A stretch of DNA of 64,000 nucleotides from Patescibacteria group bacterium (GCA_041666325.1 JBAYHC010000002.1:51635-115634); one strand, 5' to 3'. Positions 30,916 through 40,036 are shown, counted from the first letter of the stretch. Translations and numbers: made by a program. Notes: generated by a model not told the origin, from the sequence alone.

Positions 30916-31242
30916 ATGCGTAATTCTTTGTGGTATCAGGCGGTGTACCAGGGCACCGGCTTGACGATTGAGCTGGCTGGTTGTTTTGATGGCCAAGACG
31001 TATTCCAGATACGGGAGATTGTGGCCACGATGTATGCCAGGGGATTTAGCCAGGTCATTCTTGACTTTGACAAGGTAGTTTCTCTGGGTGATGAGGGCTT
31101 GCTTGTGCTCTATCAGAGTTACGATCTGGCAAGGAGGAGTAATCGCCAATTTGGTATTATCAATCCCAGTCCAGACGTGCTTCAGCTGCTCAAGCAAACA
31201 CAATCAGAGAGGATTATCTACACCGGTGAGAGCAGGGTATGA
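30916..31242 (+). CDS. STAS-domain protein (anti-anti-sigma factor-like)
   Basis: IELAGCFD..VILDFDKVVSLGDEGL..INPSPDVLQLL pattern. Confidence 0.7.
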   Translation: MRNSLWYQAVYQGTGLTIELAGCFDGQDVFQIREIVATMYARGFSQVILDFDKVVSLGDEGLLVLYQSYDLARRSNRQFGIINPSPDVLQLLKQTQSERIIYTGESRV

Positions 31243-31367
31243 GCGACTAGCTCGTGCCCAACAGACAGAACTGTGCGATTGATACGCGGGCGGCCTTAGT
31301 GGGTCGCCCTTTATTGTTATTACCTGATTGTTGTGGTATCTAGTTATCAATCGGAGGTGAGAGTGGA

Positions 31368-31925
31368 GTGATGACGAAACCAGTCGAGACTGTTGAAGCA
31401 GCTTGGCGGCAGCTTGATCCGTCGCCGGAAAAGTTTCGTCAAGCTTTCTTTGCGCCTGGTGTTTCGGTTGCGACAATCCGGTTGAGTTGGCAGCAGAAGC
31501 GTCAACTACAGGATAGCGTGATCGCCGGCATCATTGGGGACGAGACTTTTGACTTGGATGATTTTCTTTATCTGGCGGAACATTGTTGTCTTGATTCGTG
31601 GGCTGGAGTCGGAGATCGCAATGGTCGCTGGGATGATGCTGGAGAGATTCTTTATGCCGAGGCGGTCAAAGCCGGCAATGAGTCTGCTTGCCGAAGCATC
31701 GAGAAATGGAAGGACCGACCAGCTATATTATATGAAGGTGCGCGCATGTATGTTGGTCGGCTTTTCTTTCGCCTAGGGGAGGAATTGAGGTGTACCAGCA
31801 TTAACACTGCGAAGAGATTCGTCGTCTCAGTTCTTATCGAGAGAAGCTTGCGTCCGAGTAAACCGCAACAGCGGCGCATCAATTGGAGTGAGTTTGAGCT
31901 TGTCGACCCGCAGCCTCCGTCATAG
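31368..31925 (+). CDS. Hypothetical protein
   Basis: 185-aa ORF with GGAG upstream; no recognisable motif. Confidence 0.55.
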   Translation: MMTKPVETVEAAWRQLDPSPEKFRQAFFAPGVSVATIRLSWQQKRQLQDSVIAGIIGDETFDLDDFLYLAEHCCLDSWAGVGDRNGRWDDAGEILYAEAVKAGNESACRSIEKWKDRPAILYEGARMYVGRLFFRLGEELRCTSINTAKRFVVSVLIERSLRPSKPQQRRINWSEFELVDPQPPS

Positions 31926-31977
31926 GAGGCCTTTTTAAAACAAAAACTCCGGCGGGGCCGGAGGAAGCGGAACACAA

Positions 31978-32718
31978 TCAAATGTTCAGTTGGGGACGAG
32001 CCTGGTCGTTCTTGGGCACATCCTTCTCGAGGATGACCTCAGTCTTGCTGCCTATTTCAAAAACTTCTCCCGATATCAATATCCGTGCCATCGGTGCTTG
32101 CCAGCCATCTATGCCTGATGGGACGAGAATGGATCGGAATGATCCTTTGGCAAGACAGTCTACTTGGCCATTTGCTCGCCGGTAAATGCGTATTCCCTCA
32201 AATTGGAATTTACTGTTGATAATATTTACCAACTCTAGCACCTGCCTATAGCAAGAGCTGTATTCATTGAAGTAGCCGAGAATGTTGGATAGCGTAATTT
32301 CAATCAGGTTGGCTGGCAATCTGGTTCGAGGTTGCGGTCGTCGAATAGCAGATACTACCCTCCAATCATGCGATAGGCTGATTTCAACAATCTGTTTCTC
32401 TGTATAGCTCTCGTCGGCTGCGTGTGTGACGGACGATAACGCCAGATAGATATCGGCTGGGTAACTATCGGGTTGGAGTGTGCCGCCAATCTGAATGGGC
32501 TTACAGTAGATGCCGATTGGGTTTCCGCTAAAGGATAATTTGCAAGATGGATCGGCAAGCTCAAGCTCTGTTTGGCTTTGGCCGTGATAGTGTAAAAACT
32601 CTCTGCTCGCCGAGTTTACTTTGTCTGCAGTTGTGTAAACTCTAGCGCAGAGTTCATCAAGCTCCAAGAGTGCTCTTCGTAGATTGGGCGTAGATTTGCG
32701 CGCGTTCTTTCCGATCAA
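31978..32718 (-). CDS. Hypothetical protein
   Basis: Long ORF; AGGAGG 6 nt before TTG at 32718. Confidence 0.55.
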   Translation of the reverse strand: MIGKNARKSTPNLRRALLELDELCARVYTTADKVNSASREFLHYHGQSQTELELADPSCKLSFSGNPIGIYCKPIQIGGTLQPDSYPADIYLALSSVTHAADESYTEKQIVEISLSHDWRVVSAIRRPQPRTRLPANLIEITLSNILGYFNEYSSCYRQVLELVNIINSKFQFEGIRIYRRANGQVDCLAKGSFRSILVPSGIDGWQAPMARILISGEVFEIGSKTEVILEKDVPKNDQARPQLNI

Positions 32719-32884
32719 TCTGTACCTCCTTCCAGCCAAAGCCTTCAGCCTTGACTCAAAATATATCTACTCTCCGGGATTAATTATGTCAACACGGGTT
32801 TTGCCGGCATTGTTAAATTGGCTCGGTTCAGTATAGACTAAATGGCTACGGTTTTTTGTAGCAAGGACAATCCAGCCAGGCGAT

Positions 32885-32910
32885 AAAGCCCCACCCAAAA
32901 GGTGGGGCTT
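32885..32910. terminator. Terminator-like hairpin
   Basis: aagccccacc-caaaa-ggtggggctt. Confidence 0.6.
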
Positions 32911-32987
32911 GTCGTATATTTTAATAAATTTAATCAGTCTAATATTAATTAATATTATCTTATACCACAAATGAGCACTATTAGCCC

Positions 32988-33016
32988 TTGACAAGTTATG
33001 GTATAAAATATATAAT
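32988..33016 (+). promoter_or_regulatory. Perfect consensus sigma70 promoter
   Basis: TTGACA-17 nt-TATAAT. Confidence 0.8.
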
Positions 33017-33022
33017 GATCTA

Positions 33023-33556
33023 ATCACTTTAAAAATTGAATACAAATGCCTGGAGGGGCAAGAGATCGTATCTGGTAGCTCGTAGCTAGTGTTTGGGTAA
33101 ATGCTAATTGCCGAATACCGATTACGATAAAAAGCGCCTCCACCACAAGGCGCTTTTTATTAGCTCGAGTGAGATGGGGATGAGGGGTCTGCTCCGCCTT
33201 TCATCGAGGGAAATCAATCTATAAAAATTTATGACTGATTCCCCCCAGCTCAGTCTAGCTAAAATAAAGCTAGAAGAAACAACCCAAAGTCAAACAGGAA
33301 CAGAAGAACAAAAACAGAAAAACAAGAAAAAGACAGAGGGGAAAAACAAAAAAGTAGGAAGAAATCAAAGGTGTCTTTTATGAAACAATATGTTTCATGG
33401 GGGGTACCACAAACGATTTAAAAAGTCGCTTTGCGGCCCTTCCTACGAGCGCAAGTTGAAGTGACCGGACAATAATTAAAAATATTTGTTTCCGATTAGT
33501 TCACAAATCACTTGCGCTCAAACAAAAGCCTCCGATTCAGTCGGAGTTTTTTGTTT
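33023..33556 (+). ncRNA. Candidate long structured non-coding RNA or attenuated leader
   Basis: No ORF >=60 aa on plus; several stem-loop domains; ends in terminator ctccga-ttcag-tcggagtttttt. Confidence 0.45.
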
Positions 33557-33696
33557 GAGAGAATATAGTCTAATTGATTCTTGCGATTGACGTGTCTCGA
33601 GACAGAAGGCTCAAACGGGTCATGTCCCATTCGAAAACAAAAAGCCCTCGGCCACGGGACCGAAGGGCGGAGAAGCGAGCTCTGTGCGGCTGGTGC

Positions 33697-34764
33697 CTAC
33701 GGCTTGAAGAGTGGCCAGCCTATTCCTATTACCACCATGAGTGCGACAAAGGCGCTGATGATGGCTGTTTGGAAGCGTGCGACTGGGTTTGACATCTGGA
33801 CCCAGAATTCAGCGATCTTACCCTTGGGCTGCTTGAGCAGCGGTTTTGGTTCGGGATTGAGCAGGAAGAAGATAAAGCTGCAGATGAGTGAGAAGATAAT
33901 CAACAGTGCCAGGATGGCTCTCCCTCCTATTCTGTGGGAAAACTCTGGTGTCGGCGCTGTGCTAGGGCTGCCTATTCCAGAGAGAACCCCCTGCTTTTTC
34001 ATGGTTTCGATTGTCTGGTTGACCACGAACACGATCTCTTTCTGCCCCATGGGCTCGACAATTCCTGCAAGCTTGCCTGCCTCTCTCTGCTTTCTCATCC
34101 AGCTCAGGAAGGTTTCCTGGTTTGCTCTGCCGCCGAGCGGTTGAGCCTTGATTGCCCTGATCTCCTTCCATGTGTCGCGAATCTGCTCCAGCGCAAACTG
34201 CTGTGTTTGGAGAATGACAGGGGACGAGTATACCACGCGAGTTGCCGGTATGTCTGCAGTGGCTTCGGTGGGTTCGTGTTGAGTAGTATAGGCTTTAGTG
34301 GGAGGGGGGACGACGGGAGCGCTGGGGATTGGTCCGGCAGGACCAGCCTTGGGCAAAGTGTTTTTCGTCAGGGTGCCTCCGGCCAGAGCCGATCTTGGCA
34401 CTCGCTGTTGAGGTGTGGGCAACGCTTGCTGCAGAAGCTTGTTTTGCTCCCTGACAAGCGTGCGTAGCTCTTCGACTTCTGCGCGGTAGCTCCTGATCTC
34501 TAGTTTGAGGTTATCCAGCTCGGTATTTGGCGGGGTCTCGGCGATTGGCGGTGTTGCAGTATTCGGAGCTATTGCGGGCGACGATAGCGCGATTTGGGTC
34601 GTTGAGCCAGTGCTCTCGGGCACAGCTGTTGCAACGACATTTGTTGCCATCGGTGCGGTTGCGGTCAGTAGCGGTTGCTGTGCCTTGGTCGGCACGACTG
34701 CGACGGTCAGGCTGAGCCCGAATGCCGCGATGATTCCTGCTGCTTTGCGTGCGAACGATTTCAT
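33697..34764 (-). CDS. Hypothetical exported protein with Pro/Thr linker, coiled coil and two C-terminal TM helices
   Basis: Signal peptide ending TKA-Q; PT-rich segments; terminator-like hairpin at ~33634-33670. Confidence 0.75.
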   Translation of the reverse strand: MKSFARKAAGIIAAFGLSLTVAVVPTKAQQPLLTATAPMATNVVATAVPESTGSTTQIALSSPAIAPNTATPPIAETPPNTELDNLKLEIRSYRAEVEELRTLVREQNKLLQQALPTPQQRVPRSALAGGTLTKNTLPKAGPAGPIPSAPVVPPPTKAYTTQHEPTEATADIPATRVVYSSPVILQTQQFALEQIRDTWKEIRAIKAQPLGGRANQETFLSWMRKQREAGKLAGIVEPMGQKEIVFVVNQTIETMKKQGVLSGIGSPSTAPTPEFSHRIGGRAILALLIIFSLICSFIFFLLNPEPKPLLKQPKGKIAEFWVQMSNPVARFQTAIISAFVALMVVIGIGWPLFKP

Positions 34765-35016
34765 CTCTGCGTCCTTTCCGGTGAAGCGGAGTGTTGCATA
34801 CTGTTGTTTGGCGGGATGTCCTTATCTGCCAAACTGCGCATTTCAAAGTGCAGCAGGATAGCTTATCACACCATTAATAAATGACAAGGGCTTTTGTGCC
34901 CGGACTTGTTTTGTCAATTTGTGATAATTAAACCCACAAAATTAGTTGACTAAAAAAAGATCTCTGCTAGCATGTAGTTGCTCTAAGCGTGTGCTTGGAC
35001 AGGCAAGGGGGAACAA

Positions 35017-36099
35017 ATGTCGACAGTTGATCTGAGCCGGCATATTGGGTGCTTGGGTCATCTTGCTTATCAGGCTGACAATTCGCTTGGTCGCCGTTAT
35101 AACGAGTATGACGAAAAGTGGCTTGATGGTATCGTTGGGCCGTTCGTTATTGATGCGAAGATTGTCGATGAGTCAAAAGCAGTGAGGAGACAAAGGCGAA
35201 AAACGCAAGTCTTTACTGGTACTGTTAACTCTCATATGAGAGACAGGGATGTTCACGCCAGGGAGGTTATATCCAACGCTGTGATTATGGCAAGCATTTT
35301 GGGGCTAAATCCTGAGATGTGTAGGGTAGGCGCCATCGCTCATGATTGCTGCCATCTGCCTGGGGGCCATCCAGCAGAGCGGATTCTAAGTAGATTAAGT
35401 GGGCGGAAAATCAAGCACAACCGGCTCTTTTGCGTTATCGGCCAGCATGTTGAGCGCAAGGGGCAAGGATTGCCCTTGCTTTTCGAGACTTATGAGATCG
35501 TTTTGTTCCACTCGGCCGATGAGCACATTCGTCCAGTTAAGATTCTGCCGAAAGAGTATTTTCTCTTGGCGTTTGCCGATACTGCTGCCTTCATCACTGC
35601 TGATCCTGAGGATGCTGTCAAACGTATGCGTTTTATCTCCCCGGCTGATTTTCCGCCTGAGTTTTGGGTTATGGGAAACACGCAAAGAGAGAGGCAGCGA
35701 TACATTGTCAGTCGCTTGGTTAAAGAATCGGCCAGAGATGGTCGAGTGTCATTTACCGATGAGGCATTTGAAGTTACAAAAAGGTGGATGTATGAGCATC
35801 TTTATTATCCTGCTAACTCGATTGCCTTTGCCGATGCGCTTGAGCGAACTTATGCGTTTGTGGCAACCTCGACGATCTTTGAAGGTTGCGATCCGGTGCT
35901 TGTCATTGCTCTAATGATCGATGACGATGTGATGCATCTTGACCGGATCTTGCAGTTGGGTAGAGGACCTGAGATTAGAGACTTTGAGGACAGGGGTTTC
36001 TGGGAGCTGGTTCCTGGTATTCGGGGCCGAGAGATTGATCTTGAAAATCCAGATCTTGATTGGGGTCTGGAGCGCTGGCAAAATCGTAACCGTGAGTGA
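35017..36099 (+). CDS. HD-domain dNTP triphosphohydrolase (dGTPase-like), divergent
   Basis: RR...KTQVF, R.R..H..EV, AHD..H.P.GH..E and AD..A....D.EDA align by eye to the Dgt motifs. Confidence 0.75.
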   Translation: MSTVDLSRHIGCLGHLAYQADNSLGRRYNEYDEKWLDGIVGPFVIDAKIVDESKAVRRQRRKTQVFTGTVNSHMRDRDVHAREVISNAVIMASILGLNPEMCRVGAIAHDCCHLPGGHPAERILSRLSGRKIKHNRLFCVIGQHVERKGQGLPLLFETYEIVLFHSADEHIRPVKILPKEYFLLAFADTAAFITADPEDAVKRMRFISPADFPPEFWVMGNTQRERQRYIVSRLVKESARDGRVSFTDEAFEVTKRWMYEHLYYPANSIAFADALERTYAFVATSTIFEGCDPVLVIALMIDDDVMHLDRILQLGRGPEIRDFEDRGFWELVPGIRGREIDLENPDLDWGLERWQNRNRE

Positions 36100-36117
36100 T
36101 CCCTCACGGTTTTTTAA

Positions 36118-36837
36118 TTATTGAGTTGTTGCTAGAGAGGCTAACTTTTGAACAATTAAATTTTCGATATATGTCTTGATTTCTAGTTGTTCCTTAATCG
36201 TATTTGTAAGCTCTATGGCGATGATGGGTGCGAAATAGCGAAGTGGAAACTGCTGCAGATAATTTAGCTGTTCCATGTCATCCATGTGGTGCGCATCATA
36301 GCAAACCATGCCCTGTTGATTGATTTCCGGTTTCGTGCCGATGGCGCTAACATGGTTGACCAAGATGGGATAGCGGTCTAGAAGGGGAATGGTTTTTGCA
36401 TAGTTGCCGGATTTGGCTAGTCTGTCACTCTCCAGGTGGGCAAAGTCAAGGCAGAGGCCCGCATATGATCCTAACTCATTTTCTGGTAATCCCAATTCGG
36501 TCGAGGTGTTTTCGAGAGCAATTATGGATCGCAATTCTCCCAGGTCGTATTCCAGTGGGTATTCTGAGTTGGAATGGAGGTTGAATAGTTTGGTGCCAAA
36601 TCTTTTAATTAGATAGTGGTATTCATCTGGCGCCATATCCTGACGAGCGTGGACGAATGGTATTGATATTCCACCCACTTTCTCAAGCGCACGATAATAT
36701 TCTTGTCTTTCGTCTAGCTTAATGCTGGTTAGGAAGAGGGAGAGCTCTCTGATCTTGAGCTGTGCGATATCTCTGATTTGGCTCTTCCAGTCTTTTTGTT
36801 CAAAGGATGTAATGGAAACAAGAACCTTATGTTCCAT
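36118..36837 (-). CDS. Hypothetical protein, possible xylose-isomerase-like TIM barrel
   Basis: VHA, NLH, IALENT, LCLDFAH, NHVS and AIEL motifs. Confidence 0.6.
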   Translation of the reverse strand: MEHKVLVSITSFEQKDWKSQIRDIAQLKIRELSLFLTSIKLDERQEYYRALEKVGGISIPFVHARQDMAPDEYHYLIKRFGTKLFNLHSNSEYPLEYDLGELRSIIALENTSTELGLPENELGSYAGLCLDFAHLESDRLAKSGNYAKTIPLLDRYPILVNHVSAIGTKPEINQQGMVCYDAHHMDDMEQLNYLQQFPLRYFAPIIAIELTNTIKEQLEIKTYIENLIVQKLASLATTQ

Positions 36838-36909
36838 AGAACCTTTCGGCTAAGTGTTTCTTAAAAAGATACACCTAGTCTAGATTATGAGCAATAGTTC
36901 TATTGGGTA

Positions 36910-37659
36910 TTATACGTATTGTGCTCCGATCCAAGCGAGCTCGAAGATCATTCGTTGAGTTTTGGCGATGCTTTCAGATTCAATAATAACGGCCATGATC
37001 TCGCCTTGAGTGGAGAGGATGGCGACTTTATTACCATAAATATCGATCTCATTTGTAAATGGGAATTTATCAGCTGGGACAAAGCGCGAGGTGCGAAGTT
37101 GTTCGGTATCTTTATTGGTGTATTTCCGAGTCTCTGGTGTGTCAACAACGATGGAGCGAGCACTGATCTTTTTAGCGACGCGATCTTTGATGTAAGCGGC
37201 TGAGAACTCAGGCTCCTTGGTGTAGAAGCCCTCGGCTGTGGCATAAGAGATAATTTCGCTGCCTTCTTTTTGTTGCAAAGTATCATAAAGGGCAGTTTTT
37301 AAGCCTTCTCTGCCCTCAAAAAACCGGACCTTTGGCCGATCTCCAACGGTTTTTTCTAAGACTTTTAACTCCGGCATAGCACTCTCAAATCGCTTGAATT
37401 TCTCTTCTTGGATTTTTTTGAATTGTTCAATGGAGACAGCAGAGTAGTGCTTTTTGCCCCGAATCTCAACTTCAGAGACGATCGCTTTATCCATCAAATC
37501 TTTCAAAATATCATAGGCAAAGGTGCGCTGAATACCGGCGTCCTCGGCAATTGTACTAACGGTGCTTTGACCTAACTTTAAAGCGGCCAAGTAGATTTTG
37601 GCTTCTTGCGGTCGCATGCCGAGATCGGTCAATAATTTTTCATAACTTTGATTTTCCAT
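36910..37659 (-). CDS. TrmB-family transcriptional regulator
   Basis: LG....EAKIYLAAL.LG wHTH; PKVRFFEG.EG; EIDIYGNKVAI; FEL.W C-terminus. Confidence 0.85.
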   Translation of the reverse strand: MENQSYEKLLTDLGMRPQEAKIYLAALKLGQSTVSTIAEDAGIQRTFAYDILKDLMDKAIVSEVEIRGKKHYSAVSIEQFKKIQEEKFKRFESAMPELKVLEKTVGDRPKVRFFEGREGLKTALYDTLQQKEGSEIISYATAEGFYTKEPEFSAAYIKDRVAKKISARSIVVDTPETRKYTNKDTEQLRTSRFVPADKFPFTNEIDIYGNKVAILSTQGEIMAVIIESESIAKTQRMIFELAWIGAQYV

Positions 37660-37677
37660 TTGTTGTCCTATTTATGC

Positions 37678-37753
37678 TGTCATTCCAGCCTGGGGCTAGA
37701 GAGCTGGAATACAGGCTATTGTTTCTGGATCCCAAATCAAGTTTGGGATGACA
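37678..37753. repeat. Paired REP-like palindromes (TGTCAT...ATGACA, REPIN-like)
   Basis: tgtcattccagcctg..gagagctggaat and tggatcccaaatcaagtttgggatgaca. Confidence 0.75.
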
Positions 37754-37966
37754 CAATTATTTTACACTCACATTGTATCTTATTTACGACAATATGTCAA
37801 TATCTAGATACGATGAGGAAAAAATATCAAGAAAATGTGTATCAGCTAATTGACATAATCAATTAATTCTGTTAAAATAGTGCGTTGCAGAGTTGGAAAC
37901 GGCTTTGCAAAGAACCGGCGCAATCACGTGTCAGACAAAACGTCTACAGTTGAAAGGGAGAATCAA

Positions 37967-38512
37967 ATGACTGAGAAGACATACACCGAGAAGATGGACG
38001 ATCTGGCGTATGAGATCTTCAGTCTCATCCTAACAGCGCAAGCACGACTTTGTCTGCACGAGGCCGATCAAATAGCTGGAATGCAGGTTCCGTGCGGCAA
38101 GGGAACAGCGACTGGGGACATAAGTTGGAGAGAAAATGAGCCTTACTGTGAGGTAAGGTTTCGTCATCAGATTCGGACTGGGAGTTGCAGCGTTATTATC
38201 CGCATCGGGGGGAGTCCAAAGGACGTCCATTGGTCTGCGAGCTATTCCGAGCGGACTAAAACGGGTGAATTTATCCGCCAATATATAGAGTACGATGCGG
38301 TTTCGTGTGAGCTCCGGGGCTATAAGACTGGCCGGCTGGCAGAAGAACCTGGCGCCTGGCTCGATGACTCACGGAATGACGATGATGTGCACTGGCGGAC
38401 CACCTTCTGCCCGGAGGCGGAACAGCGGGCTTTACATGACTTAGAGGCCATCTTGGATGACCTTAAAGCCAAGAGAGGACAGTGGGTCATACAGCGTCTG
38501 GCGACGATGTGA
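37967..38512 (+). CDS. Hypothetical protein
   Basis: GGGAG before ATG at 37967; TTGACA..TAAAAT promoter at ~37850-37879. Confidence 0.6.
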   Translation: MTEKTYTEKMDDLAYEIFSLILTAQARLCLHEADQIAGMQVPCGKGTATGDISWRENEPYCEVRFRHQIRTGSCSVIIRIGGSPKDVHWSASYSERTKTGEFIRQYIEYDAVSCELRGYKTGRLAEEPGAWLDDSRNDDDVHWRTTFCPEAEQRALHDLEAILDDLKAKRGQWVIQRLATM

Positions 38513-38609
38513 GTACGTCTTCAACCTTCAGACCGTCCCGATAGCCGCTTTGGCGGCTATCGGGGCTAACTGAGGGGTGAAAGCGTGTTCTCGGAAAGGG
38601 GAAAGTGTG

Positions 38610-39347
38610 ATGGGAATCTTCATTAAAGCCCATGATGGGCTGATCGAGTTTCGATTTCTGGTTGATAAGGAGTGGGAGGAGAGTGTAAGACGGTTTCGGT
38701 CCAGCCAGCTGGAGTTTGATTTCCTGGCTGGTGGGAGTTCGTGGAAGAAAGTGGTGGTTGGAGCAGAAGGGAAGGTGGAGATCGTTTTTAGAAAGGCGAT
38801 CGATTGGCACCGAATAATGGAATTACCCAAAGCGTTGCATGATCTGCCTGCCTATGTACAGTATGGGCTGCTTAGCAGTGCCCTTTTGTACGATCTGATG
38901 CCTCACAGCCTAGCTGAATGGGAAGGGACATATTTTCTGTTTAGACAGAACAATGGTCGGGTGGCGGTCAAGCACAATGGCATCGTGGAGCGACTTCCTG
39001 ATTGGGAGAGAGACGAGCGCGAGGAGGAGTTAGGGCGAGAGAGCTTGATGCGGAAAGCTCGCCAGAAGCGTGAAGATCGGCTGGAAAGAAAGCAGAGACG
39101 GAGACAGAAGAAACAACTGCCACAACCGCCAGTGCGTCTTGCCGCCTCCGGAGATCAGATCTGGGGTGGCGGAACAACGAAAGGCAAAACACAACTTCTA
39201 CGCAAGTTCTGCTGGCTGGTTGTCGGGGTGAATGGTGTCTGGCACATGGGGAACCTGATTTTCTCCTGGCCGGATTCACCGCGATGGCTAGCCTATCTCT
39301 CCTTACTAATGTTCTGTTACCTCTTTCTGCACCGAAAGAGGACCTGA
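38610..39347 (+). CDS. Hypothetical protein with basic coiled region and C-terminal TM helices
   Basis: AGGGG upstream; terminator-like hairpin at ~39372-39406. Confidence 0.55.
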   Translation: MGIFIKAHDGLIEFRFLVDKEWEESVRRFRSSQLEFDFLAGGSSWKKVVVGAEGKVEIVFRKAIDWHRIMELPKALHDLPAYVQYGLLSSALLYDLMPHSLAEWEGTYFLFRQNNGRVAVKHNGIVERLPDWERDEREEELGRESLMRKARQKREDRLERKQRRRQKKQLPQPPVRLAASGDQIWGGGTTKGKTQLLRKFCWLVVGVNGVWHMGNLIFSWPDSPRWLAYLSLLMFCYLFLHRKRT

Positions 39348-39446
39348 GCACGGCTAAGGGTGAGATCCGACGCCTCGACCTGGCAAACGCCGGGGCGGGG
39401 CTTTTCGTATTTAGTATGCGCTGCTACAATGTCCTAGTAATGTGAC

Positions 39447-39558
39447 TGTCATCCCAGCCTGCAGGCCTGAAAGGTACCCTCTGGGTCTTGAGAGCTGGGA
39501 TCCAGAAATTAGTTTCCGGGAATTTATCACTGGATTCCAGGTCAAGCCTGGAATGACA
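39447..39558. repeat. Paired REP-like palindromes upstream of the GIY-YIG gene
   Basis: tgtcatcccagcctg..cttgagagctgggatcca and tggattccagg-tcaag-cctggaatgaca. Confidence 0.8.
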
Positions 39559-39564
39559 CAGAAG

Positions 39565-39855
39565 ATGAAATCCTATTATATTTACATTCTTGCTAGCAAG
39601 CGCAATGGCACTTTGTATATTGGTGTTACGTCTGATTTGGTTAAACGGATTTGGGAGCATAAAAATAAAGTGGTTAAGGGTTTCACCAGCGAATACAATG
39701 TTTCGTTGCTGGAATATTATGAAGAAACGAGTGATGTGAGAAGTGCTATCAAAAGAGAAAAACAGTTGAAAGCGCGGAGACGAGAATGGAAACTAGAATT
39801 AATTGAGAAAGAAAATCCTGAGTGGAAAGATTTGTATCAGGATTTACTATCTTGA
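39565..39855 (+). CDS. Small GIY-YIG nuclease (UPF0213/YhbQ-like)
   Basis: YYIYILASKRNGTLYIGVTSDL..R..EH..AIKREKQLK..WK..LIE..NP.W.DL. Confidence 0.92.
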   Translation: MKSYYIYILASKRNGTLYIGVTSDLVKRIWEHKNKVVKGFTSEYNVSLLEYYEETSDVRSAIKREKQLKARRREWKLELIEKENPEWKDLYQDLLS

Positions 39856-39856
39856 C

Positions 39857-40031
39857 TGGATCTTAAATCAAGTTCAGGATGACGCTAAAGCGTCAACTAG
39901 ATCCCAGCTCTCAAGCTGACAGGCTGGGATGACACAATGGTGTTAATTGGATACTAAATCAATGTAATTACTATTTATGGATCCCGTATTAAGACCCACC
40001 GAGGGTCCCCTTTGTGGGGTACGGGATGACA
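39857..40031. repeat. Cluster of three REP-like palindromes ending in GGATGAC
   Basis: At 39857-39883, 39899-39934 and 39978-40031. Confidence 0.78.
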
Positions 40032-40036
40032 AGGGA

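Noticed and set aside
33134-33146. tmRNA 3' end (ctccacca)
   Set aside because: No preceding T-arm (GGTTCRA) and no matching acceptor stem; the sequence lies in a terminator-like hairpin
26173-39406. Integron cassette array or prophage
   Set aside because: No integrase or phage structural genes; no convincing attC boxes; genes have their own promoters and mixed orientation
39442-39564. N-terminal extension of the GIY-YIG ORF (likewise pcrA 39977-40036)
   Set aside because: These are read-throughs of REP palindromes; family homology starts at ATG 39565 and ATG 40037
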